32,000 nt of DNA, from NCBI RefSeq assembly GCF_000018465.1, contig NC_010085.1:1500001-1532000 (forward strand), in the 5' to 3' direction. This document shows, piece after piece, positions 17,700 to 25,129 of this stretch; the first letter of the stretch is position 1; every line of letters begins with the position of its first letter. The notes under the pieces were generated by a model, which saw only the letters and a list, made by a program, of their open reading frames with translations, was not told where the DNA came from and searched no databases. Position numbers and translations under genes: made by a program. The DNA comes from Nitrosopumilus maritimus SCM1. GTDB taxonomy: Archaea; Thermoproteota; Nitrososphaeria; Nitrososphaerales; Nitrosopumilaceae.

Positions 17700-18122
17700 T
17701 TATTTGACGACCAGTACTGGAACTTTGCATTTGTGCATAACAGAATTTGAAACACTTCCAAGAAATGCCTCTTTGGCATTACCTATGCCTCTTGCACCAA
17801 TTACTACCATGTCAAAGTTGCCTTTCTTTGCAGCATTTACAATTTGTGTAGCAGTGTTGCCACCACCAGTGGCATACTTGAATTTTGCACCAGCACGCTC
17901 ACACTTTTGCATTGCAGGACCAATTGCTTTTACAGCTTTGTCTTGTGCTTTATCTCTCATTGCTTTGGTGTATTTTATTCCAGCAGTAACAGGCAAGTGG
18001 AATACATAATACCCAGTTATTTCAGCACCACTTTCGTTTGCAATTGTTATTGCTTTATCTAATCCTCTCATAGAGTTTGCAGAACCATCTAGAGGGACTA
18101 GAATTTTTTGAAATTTGCCCAT
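17700..18122 (-). CDS. Universal stress protein (UspA family)
   Basis: The ATG at 18122 gives MGKFQKILVPLDGSANS..., with MVVIGARGIGNAKEAFLGSVSNSVMHKCKVPVLVVK at the C-terminus, the canonical Usp ATP-binding motif. The 37 extra codons in the tracked ORF (to 18233) look non-coding. Confidence 0.85.
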   Translation of the reverse strand: MGKFQKILVPLDGSANSMRGLDKAITIANESGAEITGYYVFHLPVTAGIKYTKAMRDKAQDKAVKAIGPAMQKCERAGAKFKYATGGGNTATQIVNAAKKGNFDMVVIGARGIGNAKEAFLGSVSNSVMHKCKVPVLVVK

Positions 18123-18431
18123 GTAAGAATCAGATTTTACTTGTATAAAGAATTTTTGTTTAGACAAGATCTGCAAAACTGTTTTTTCTTTGAACAAGTC
18201 TATTTTTCTATAGTTATAACATAGACTCTTCATGGATTGTTCAAAGTCTGCATGAATTGTTGATTATTCATGGTCAATCATCAAGGATGCTCAACATGAT
18301 CTAAAAAAATCAAAATCCCTGTAACGTGATTTAGATAAGATATTTTGAAAAAAATTTTTGGCTAACAACAAATACCTGTATTTCAAATGTAAGACACCAT
18401 TCTTTAATATGCAATATGTGGAGGAAGCATA

Positions 18432-19400
18432 ATGAGGAAAAAACGCTCATCAAAAAATAAAAAATTTGTATTAATTGTAATTCCCATAATCATAGTTGGA
18501 ATTCTTCTAGCTCTGCCTATACAAAATAACCAGAATTCCCCAACCTCAAAACTTCAGGGTCCATGGAATGACATTCATGGTGTTGGAATGTTTCTTTCTG
18601 GCAATGATGATACCCTTTACCTTGCTACTCATCAGGGATTGTTTGAGAAAAAGGATTCAGGGTGGCAGCATGTTGGTAATGACAATGCAGATTTGATGGG
18701 ATTTTCTATGAATCACGACACGGAGAAAATGTATTCTAGTGGACATCCAAAAACAGGAGGGAATTTAGGATTTAGAATGAGTGACGATAAAGGAAATTCA
18801 TGGACAACTATTTCCAAAGTAAAAAATACCCCAGTTGATTTTCATGCAATGACTGCAAGCCAAGCACAAAATGGTTTGATTTATGGCTCTCCGGGAGGGG
18901 GAAGTGAACTCTTTGTAACATCAGATGACGGAACATCTTGGAATTCCCTTGATATTCCAAATAAAATAATCTCACTTGCAGCAGACCCATTAGATCCTAA
19001 TCGCGTATATGCAGGAACAATGTCCGGACTGTATGTCAGTAACAATCAGGGAAAACAATGGACTGCAGTTGATTCAGACATTGAGAAAGGAGTGATTACA
19101 GGAATAGGATTTTCATCGGATGGCAAAACCATGTATGTATTTTCCACATTAGATGGAAATGGAATGATTGTAAAATCAATTGACGGGGGGAAAACAATGG
19201 TTAAGACACAAAGCCAAATTGCTGATGCCAAGGGTGTTTGGAATTTTGCCCCGGGTCGTGATGGGGAAATTTATGCAATAGCAGCACAACAAGTAGCAAG
19301 CGGATTGGCAATGAGTGTTTACAAAACAGATGATGGCGGGGCTACGTGGGTTTTAGAGGGCACAAATAATTCAGAACTAGCACTGACTGACGAATCTTAA
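18432..19400 (+). CDS. Exported BNR/Asp-box beta-propeller protein (glycosylhydrolase-like, non-catalytic type)
   Basis: 322 aa with an N-terminal anchor and Asp-box repeats SDDKGNSWT, TSDDGTSWN, SNNQGKQWT, SIDGGKTM and KTDDGGATW. The block IHGVGM...LYLATHQGLF...YSSGHP...VDFHAM resembles the F510_1955-like family as I recall it. A GGAGG lies 7 nt upstream of the ATG. Confidence 0.8.
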   Translation: MRKKRSSKNKKFVLIVIPIIIVGILLALPIQNNQNSPTSKLQGPWNDIHGVGMFLSGNDDTLYLATHQGLFEKKDSGWQHVGNDNADLMGFSMNHDTEKMYSSGHPKTGGNLGFRMSDDKGNSWTTISKVKNTPVDFHAMTASQAQNGLIYGSPGGGSELFVTSDDGTSWNSLDIPNKIISLAADPLDPNRVYAGTMSGLYVSNNQGKQWTAVDSDIEKGVITGIGFSSDGKTMYVFSTLDGNGMIVKSIDGGKTMVKTQSQIADAKGVWNFAPGRDGEIYAIAAQQVASGLAMSVYKTDDGGATWVLEGTNNSELALTDES

Positions 19401-19439
19401 AAAATATACATGTGTGCAGACTTGCAAGTATGATTTAAT

Positions 19440-19841
19440 CTATAATTGGAAGGTGCTTCCGTATACCTGTCTAAATGTACGGGGTTTTGCATCACAAAAC
19501 ACATCATCACAACAAAACTTTGTTGAAAATTTTGCCATTTCTTCTAAAATTGGCTGTAATGCTTTTCCTTTCTTGGTAAGAGTATATTCTATTCTAACAG
19601 GAGTTTCGTTGTAGATATTTTTTTCAATCAGACCAGTTTTTTCCATCTCCTTGAGTCTTGTGGATAAAGTATTTGGGTTAATTCCTTCAATAGAATCTAA
19701 AAATTCATTGAAATGATGTTGGTTCAAGATTATCATATTGCGTAATATGTGAAGAGTAAATTTCTTACCAATAATCTGAAAAGTGTTGTCGATAGGACAG
19801 CATTTGCATCCGTCTACGAGAAAATCAATCATTTGTGGCAA
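19440..19841 (-). CDS. HxlR-family winged-helix regulator with extra N- and C-terminal Cys clusters
   Basis: 133 aa (TTG at 19841 or ATG at 19832). The HxlR core is CPIDNTFQIIGKKFTLHILRNM...NTLSTRLKEMEKTGLIEKNIYNETPVRIEYTLTKKG. Additional Cys residues are CKCC at the N-terminus and FCCDDVFC in a C-terminal extension. Confidence 0.85.
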   Translation of the reverse strand: MPQMIDFLVDGCKCCPIDNTFQIIGKKFTLHILRNMIILNQHHFNEFLDSIEGINPNTLSTRLKEMEKTGLIEKNIYNETPVRIEYTLTKKGKALQPILEEMAKFSTKFCCDDVFCDAKPRTFRQVYGSTFQL

Positions 19842-19937
19842 CTTAACAAAACTTCACCTACTACTGATCACTTCACGTTCTAATTTATTAACTTAACTTT
19901 CTATACTAACTATTAGAAAATGAGTGGAGGTGATTAT

Positions 19938-20036
19938 ATGACTGACAAATGTGTATGTGACTGTAATTGTGATTGTGTTGATCACAATAACGGTGTATGC
20001 GATAAGGAGTGTAGTTGTAACTGTGGTTGCAACTAG
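19938..20036 (+). CDS. Cys-rich 32-aa peptide, metallothionein-like (not in the ORF track)
   Basis: My own translation is MTDKCVCDCNCDCVDHNNGVCDKECSCNCGCN followed by stop, with 10 Cys in 32 residues arranged as CxCxCxCxC and CxCxCxC. GGAGGTGAT (19926-19934) is a 9-nt match to the anti-SD and lies 7 nt (GGAGG core) before the ATG. It sits in a 96-bp divergent intergenic region shared with the HxlR-like gene. Confidence 0.55.
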   Translation: MTDKCVCDCNCDCVDHNNGVCDKECSCNCGCN

Positions 20037-20143
20037 CCACAATTTTTTAATTATTTTTTATAATACATATGAAACATGATAAAACATACAGATAAGATTA
20101 CAAAAATAAAATCAATTTAATGATATTCTATCAAATCATTATA

Positions 20144-21322
20144 TCAAACCAAGATACTAGTCATATACATTATCAACATACCTAAAGCAAATCCTGAGGC
20201 AACTGCAGCACTAGATAAATTACGATCACCTTCAGTTCTAATCCATTTCAAAATGGTAATAATTACTTGAAATATGGCGCCAGCCCCTATTGAGAGAAAT
20301 ATTACTGATGAGAATGGAGAGTAAACAAAGCCTCCTACCCATGCTCCAAAGATTGCAGGTGCTCCTGCAATCATTCCCATAGCTGTAAGTTTCCAAATTA
20401 CTGTTTTTTCTCTGGACATTGGAGATGCAATTGCAATTCCTTCAGTGGTGTTATGAAGTGCAAATCCCACTATCAAAAATGTACTAAAGGCAATAGAGCC
20501 CAAGCCTACTGCGGCACCTATTGCCAACCCTTCGCCAAAGTTGTGCAATCCAATTCCTATTGCAATCATTAATGCAATAGCTACCGGTTTTGTAATTCTA
20601 GAGGAATCTGATATTTTTATTAATTTTTCACCAGCATAGTACAAACCAAGAAATGAGAGTACTGAAGTTGTGGCAACAAGTAATACTCCATTGAAACTAG
20701 ATGCAAGATTTTCATCAGAGACTTCTATTGCTTCTTCAATAGAATCAATCCCTAAAAATAACAACAGTCCTGCAGTTAATGCCAAAAAGAAATGGTATTT
20801 TGACTTTTTAATTTTTTTAATAAAAGGCAACCACAAAAGTCCAATCATTACGGGAATTATTCCAACATAAGTTCCAATTATTGCAAAAAATACTGCAAGA
20901 TCTAAAGTTGGTTGCAATGCAGGAGCAGCAGCAGCAATCTCTTTTTCAAACCTAGTTCCATCGTCTACTGTGATTCCGATAATGTATGGTTCTGCATCAT
21001 TCCATTCAAATGGAATTCTTACAAGTGCCGTTTCATATCTCTCTAGAAATCTATCAGGCTCTACTGCAGCAGGATGAATTCTGTCGTTAACATCCGCCAT
21101 AACTACTTCAACTGGAATAGGGCCAGTATTCCTTACGGTTGCATGTATTTCTGATTCTAGGAAATCAACTTTTTCAATAGTTACTTCAGGTAACGGGATA
21201 CCCAAATCAAGTAAATCCGAGCCTGGTCCAAAGATGTATGCCACCATCAAAACAATAAATGCAAATGGGATTATTCCACTAGCAATAACTTTGGCCTGGG
21301 ATCTTTTCTCATCAAGTTCCAT
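20144..21322 (-). CDS. ZIP-family divalent metal permease with an N-terminal extracytoplasmic domain
   Basis: 392 aa. The ZIP signature helices are GIGLHNFGEGLAIGAAVG and GFALHNTTEGIAIASP. One N-terminal TM helix is followed by a soluble domain of about 110 aa. Its start overlaps the MCO gene end by 11 nt. Confidence 0.9.
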   Translation of the reverse strand: MELDEKRSQAKVIASGIIPFAFIVLMVAYIFGPGSDLLDLGIPLPEVTIEKVDFLESEIHATVRNTGPIPVEVVMADVNDRIHPAAVEPDRFLERYETALVRIPFEWNDAEPYIIGITVDDGTRFEKEIAAAAPALQPTLDLAVFFAIIGTYVGIIPVMIGLLWLPFIKKIKKSKYHFFLALTAGLLLFLGIDSIEEAIEVSDENLASSFNGVLLVATTSVLSFLGLYYAGEKLIKISDSSRITKPVAIALMIAIGIGLHNFGEGLAIGAAVGLGSIAFSTFLIVGFALHNTTEGIAIASPMSREKTVIWKLTAMGMIAGAPAIFGAWVGGFVYSPFSSVIFLSIGAGAIFQVIITILKWIRTEGDRNLSSAAVASGFALGMLIMYMTSILV

Positions 21323-22373
21323 AGTCTACTTCCTCTGTATTTTTTTGTTCATCATCTTTTACAAGGAAAACTCCAACCCAGCCTTTCTCTGAAAACTCTA
21401 CTTTATGAGCATGAAATAGATATTTTCCTGGATACTGGTACTTGAATTCCATTATACCTCTTTCTGTTTGAGACAATGTAATCATGTCTGTAAATTCAGA
21501 TGGGACAATATCTGTTCCTGTTGGATAGTATTGGTATAGATTTCCATGCAAATGTAAATTGTTAATTGGATCAAACTCTACCATATTGACAACATAAACT
21601 CGAATCAGTTCATCTTTTTTAATTTGAATTGGATGATGTTGGTAGTAAAACGGAATAGAATTTGCAGCATAGAAATTATTTTCAGTATCAAAGTCAGTAT
21701 CAAATCCATTTAGAACCATTACCATTTCATCAGCTGGTGGACGTCCTTCTTTGGGATCTACGATAAAGACACCGTACAATCCATGCGCAATGTGTTCCTC
21801 TAAAGGCATGACATGGCAGTGATATGGATGAACGCCAACAGGGCCTGCCTCAAATTCATAAGTGAATTGGCCGCCGTTTGCACCTACAATTTCAAAGACT
21901 CCATCCATTTCTGCTGGATGCTCTCCATGAAAATGCATGGTATGTGGTTTGTCACCATTGTTGATGAAATTAATTCTTAATAGATCCCCTTCTGTTGCTC
22001 TTATTGTTGGACCGGGAACTGTTCCATTAAAAGTCCAAACATTGTAAAATACACCTGGAGAAATTTCTTGAACTCTGTCATCATCGGCAATTATTGTAAA
22101 CTCTCTTACTGTCTGACCATTTTCTAATTGTGAAACACGACCATAGTTGAATTCTCTGAGATATTTTTCAGGATCAAACTCCACTTCTGATACCTGATAA
22201 ACAGGATCCAGAACCTCACCACTTGTTTTTACAACACTTCCTGTATGGGTAACAAATGCTTTCTCCTCTTTCTGGGCATCAATTCCTTCAGGAAATACAA
22301 GAAAAACTGATGATATGGCAACTACTGCAACAATAAAGACCAACATTAGTCCTGAACGGGATCTCATTACCAT
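21312..22373 (-). CDS. Two-domain multicopper oxidase
   Basis: 353 aa with a signal/anchor helix. The copper motifs are HTMHFHG, HPYHCHVMPLEEHIAHGLYG (HCH plus T1 ligands, with axial Leu), NLHLHG and LFHAH. Confidence 0.9.
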   Translation of the reverse strand: MVMRSRSGLMLVFIVAVVAISSVFLVFPEGIDAQKEEKAFVTHTGSVVKTSGEVLDPVYQVSEVEFDPEKYLREFNYGRVSQLENGQTVREFTIIADDDRVQEISPGVFYNVWTFNGTVPGPTIRATEGDLLRINFINNGDKPHTMHFHGEHPAEMDGVFEIVGANGGQFTYEFEAGPVGVHPYHCHVMPLEEHIAHGLYGVFIVDPKEGRPPADEMVMVLNGFDTDFDTENNFYAANSIPFYYQHHPIQIKKDELIRVYVVNMVEFDPINNLHLHGNLYQYYPTGTDIVPSEFTDMITLSQTERGIMEFKYQYPGKYLFHAHKVEFSEKGWVGVFLVKDDEQKNTEEVDYGT

Positions 22374-22399
22374 TAATTATTTGACTCAAATGAATAATA

Positions 22400-22456
22400 T
22401 AAAGTTAGCCTAGGCTAAATTTGTTAGTCTAGTGCAACTTTGTTAGTACGGTGCAA
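22400..22456 (-). promoter_or_regulatory. Three tandem 19-bp units directly upstream of and overlapping the TATA box of the MCO-ZIP operon; the promoter-proximal unit is palindromic and iron-box-like
   Basis: On the gene strand the units read TTGCACCGTACTAACAAAG (22438-22456), TTGCACTAGACTAACAAAT (22419-22437) and TTAGCCTAGGCTAACTTTA (22400-22418). The 14-bp perfect palindrome TTAGCCTAGGCTAA is at 22405-22418. A TATA-like TTTATATTA follows at about 22394-22402, roughly 25 nt before the ATG at 22373. Confidence 0.5.
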
Positions 22457-22482
22457 ATTCAAAATCAAGGCAAGTATTGTGA

Positions 22483-22974
22483 CTAAAAATTTGCTTTGTT
22501 AAATGAAAGCAGTAAATTTGGATTTGATTTTAGAAAAGTGGTAAATTTTCTTAGCTGTTTCATAGTTTTTGGGTTCATGTGATGCTCAATTCCTTCCACA
22601 TCTTTGTTTGCTATGGAACTGTCAACGCCAATAATTTCAAAAAAATCTAGTAGATCACTATGTTTTTGCCTAATATCGTTTGCAATATTCATTCCTTTAG
22701 AAGTTAGTTTCAGTCCCTGATATTTTGTATATTCTAAATAACCATCAGCATCTAGGCGACGTAGCATTTTAGTTACACTTGGAGGTCGGACATTCATGTA
22801 ATTTGAGATATCTGTGGGTGAAGCATATCCTTTTAGTTCTACTAGTTCAGAAATTACCTCAAGATAATCCTCCATGGTAGTTGTAAATGTATTTTTTTTA
22901 CCATGAGCCTTTTTTATGGATTCTAATCTTTTTTCTTTTTTATCAGATATCTTGATATTTGATTTGCTTACCAT
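22483..22974 (-). CDS. DtxR/MntR-family metal-dependent transcriptional repressor
   Basis: 163 aa. It reads MEDYLEVISEL...ASPTDISNYMNVRPPSVTKMLRRLDADGYLEY...LTSKGMNIANDIRQKHSDLLDFF...VEGIEHHM, which is the wHTH plus dimerisation/metal domain of DtxR/MntR. It lacks the SH3-like third domain. Confidence 0.85.
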   Translation of the reverse strand: MVSKSNIKISDKKEKRLESIKKAHGKKNTFTTTMEDYLEVISELVELKGYASPTDISNYMNVRPPSVTKMLRRLDADGYLEYTKYQGLKLTSKGMNIANDIRQKHSDLLDFFEIIGVDSSIANKDVEGIEHHMNPKTMKQLRKFTTFLKSNPNLLLSFNKANF

Positions 22975-23134
22975 TATTGACTCCCGTGTCAGTTATGGAT
23001 TTTTTGTATATCAAGTTTTAATGTTTTTAATGATTTGCAAGTTTCTAAAAATATCCTCTGTATTTCATATGGATTCGAAATATCTTTTTTGAGATTTAAA
23101 AAGTATCCTATAAACACAGTAAAGTTTCTACTGT

Positions 23135-23647
23135 CTAACTTATGGTAACTAATCCTACTCTCCATGGATGAAATGAGCAATAGTAGTTGAAAACTCCTTT
23201 CTCCTCGAACGTAAATTCGAATCTATCTCCTGTATTTAGTGGTGGACTGTTAAACAATTGAATGACTTTTCCTCCCTCATCGATACTTTGTATGTTGTGT
23301 GGTACTGAATCATCATTTACCCATGTGACTGTAGTTCCTACTGAAATTTCCAGATTCAATGGAGAGTAAAATCCGGCGCCAGTTACATCAAAGTTTCCAT
23401 TTGGAATAACAACTTGCGCATTAACTACTTGTGGAACTGGCTCCATCACCGTATCTATTACAATTACTTCATTTTCAATCAAGAATTTTATCATGTTGAG
23501 AAATTCACTTTCTGAGACAATTCCTTCACCGTACCATAATGCTGTATTTTTTACCCACTCTGGAACTGATTCAGCAAATGCAGACACACCGCCAATAGAA
23601 AGAACAATAGGGATTAGTGCAAGAATCAGATAATTCATCACATACAA
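23135..23647 (-). CDS. Secreted cupredoxin with an N-terminal WW module and a non-canonical axial position
   Basis: 170 aa. The signal peptide ends ...GGVSAFA|ES. The WW module VPEWVKNTALWYGEGIVSESEFLNMIKFLIENEVIVI is at 23456-23566. The cupredoxin part reads VGTTVTWVNDDSVPHNIQS...YYCSFHPWRVGLVTIS, with Arg where the paralog at 8803 has the axial Met. Confidence 0.85.
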   Translation of the reverse strand: MYVMNYLILALIPIVLSIGGVSAFAESVPEWVKNTALWYGEGIVSESEFLNMIKFLIENEVIVIDTVMEPVPQVVNAQVVIPNGNFDVTGAGFYSPLNLEISVGTTVTWVNDDSVPHNIQSIDEGGKVIQLFNSPPLNTGDRFEFTFEEKGVFNYYCSFHPWRVGLVTIS

Positions 23648-23753
23648 TTTACATTAGAGATATTTAACTTTCAATTTTTTTACAAATTAATTCTTTTTCA
23701 AAAAATTCTAGATGTAAAATCAGTCTTTAATGCTAATTTGTTTTATTGTTGTA

Positions 23754-24788
23754 CTAGTTTTTAGAGACATTTGTAAATAACGAGAATTTAGACTTTGTAA
23801 ACAATATTGTCAAACCAATGGAAAGTGTAAAAACCAATACAACAAAGAATCCAAATTCTGGAATTACTGTGTTATGATATTTTTCAACTATTGGACTATA
23901 ACTAGCACCTGGTGCAATTCCACCTCCAATCAAATAGATATTTCCGTCAACAGTAACTGCATCTAATCCATGTCTTGGAATTGGCATTGGTTGTTGTTCA
24001 AACCATCCTTTCTCTGGTATATATGCCTCATTTTCGCCAAAGGTGTTAGTATATCCCTCACCACCAAAAACAAATATTGCTTCGTTCATGGCAGATGCTG
24101 CTAACCCACTTCTTGCAGTAGGAATAGGTTCAAGAGATTCCCAAGAGTCAGCTGTAAAATCATACACTTCTGTTGCATCAACATTGAGTTGTCCAGATCT
24201 TCCTCCAATCACATACATTTGACTATCTAAAACTGCAGATGCAAGATGTTCTCTAGGAGTTGGTAAGTCAGATTTTTTCTCCCAAGAGTCAGTTACTGGA
24301 TCATAAACTTCGTTTTCAAAACGAGTTTCTGTATTAAATCCTCCAACCGCATATAATTTTCCGTCAAGAAATTCTGCAGTTAATGCCCCTCTAGCTGTAG
24401 GCATGTTTGTGCCCTTTGACCACACATCAGCATCTATATCGTAAATTAATAATTCATCAGATGGAATCCATTTATCATAATATCCTCCAACTACATACAA
24501 TTTTCCTTCATAAATTGACGCACCAGAATGATGTAACATACTTGGCATAGAAGTACTAATGCTCCAAACATCTTCGTTAGTGTCATAAACAAACACAGAA
24601 TTTTCAGCAAGTTCTTTGTTGTTCAGGCCCCCAATCACATAGATTTTATCCTCATATGCAATTGCTTTTGATTCTGATCTTGGTTCAGGTAGATTAGATA
24701 GTCGTTCCCAACCTTCTAAAGGTTCTTCAGCAAAAATATTTGGAGTTGTAAAAGACAAAAGAATTAAAAAAAATATTGCTATTTTCAT
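23754..24788 (-). CDS. Secreted Kelch-repeat beta-propeller protein with PEFG-CTERM
   Basis: 344 aa with about six Kelch blades (IYVIGG, LYVVGGY, LYAVGGF, MYVIGGR, IFVFGGE, IYLIGGG, each followed by a W). The C-terminus is NTVIPEFGFFVVLVFTLSIGLTILFTKSK. Confidence 0.85.
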   Translation of the reverse strand: MKIAIFFLILLSFTTPNIFAEEPLEGWERLSNLPEPRSESKAIAYEDKIYVIGGLNNKELAENSVFVYDTNEDVWSISTSMPSMLHHSGASIYEGKLYVVGGYYDKWIPSDELLIYDIDADVWSKGTNMPTARGALTAEFLDGKLYAVGGFNTETRFENEVYDPVTDSWEKKSDLPTPREHLASAVLDSQMYVIGGRSGQLNVDATEVYDFTADSWESLEPIPTARSGLAASAMNEAIFVFGGEGYTNTFGENEAYIPEKGWFEQQPMPIPRHGLDAVTVDGNIYLIGGGIAPGASYSPIVEKYHNTVIPEFGFFVVLVFTLSIGLTILFTKSKFSLFTNVSKN

Positions 24789-25129
24789 CTAAGATTTTTT
24801 AGATTTGATTTAATTAAAGAATTTCTTTTTAATAAAAAATTTAACGTTATATATTACAAAACCCAGTTTTTAATAAATTGAAATTGCAAAACAATTCAAA
24901 AATTTCAATAATTGGAATTATTGCTGGAATTATTTTGTATTTTATTCTAGTCAATAGACCTTAATTTACTATAATGTACAAATCAGATTAAAATTTGGGA
25001 AATATCTGTGGGTATTTTTCAAGTATCATATGAATCATAAAAAGAGAAACTTTTCAATTGTAAAATCAAATGGCATTGATCACACAAACTGTTTTTGGAA
25101 ATAATAAAAAGAAAAGAGATGTTAAATGA

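Noticed and set aside
17700-18233. The N-terminal 37 codons of the tracked UspA ORF.
   Set aside because: The Usp fold begins at MGKFQKILVPLDGS (ATG at 18122). The upstream extension is Lys/Phe-rich with no counterpart in the family, so it is probably 5' flanking sequence.
19938-20036. The possibility that the TGT-rich stretch is merely a (TGTNNN)n microsatellite and not a gene.
   Set aside because: I did not adopt this as the primary reading. The stretch is bounded by an ATG and a TAG in the Cys frame. It is preceded by a near-perfect SD at optimal spacing, and the non-Cys codons are varied (D, N, V, S, G, K, E, H). It remains the main alternative hypothesis.
22989-23180. A 63-aa minus-strand ORF between the cupredoxin and the DtxR-like gene.
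   Set aside because: It overlaps the cupredoxin 3' end by 46 nt, has no motif, and occupies what should be the DtxR-gene promoter region. A real small protein cannot be fully excluded.
24789-25129. A 341-bp non-coding gap upstream of the Kelch gene. It contains an inverted repeat ATTGAAATT/AATTTCAAT (24877-24885 / 24901-24909), a GGAATTATT direct repeat, and a possible 28-codon TTG-started hydrophobic ORF.
   Set aside because: All of these elements are AT-rich and short, so chance occurrence is likely. The sORF has no ATG, no SD and no motif. The region is worth a look only if transcript data show a discrete RNA.
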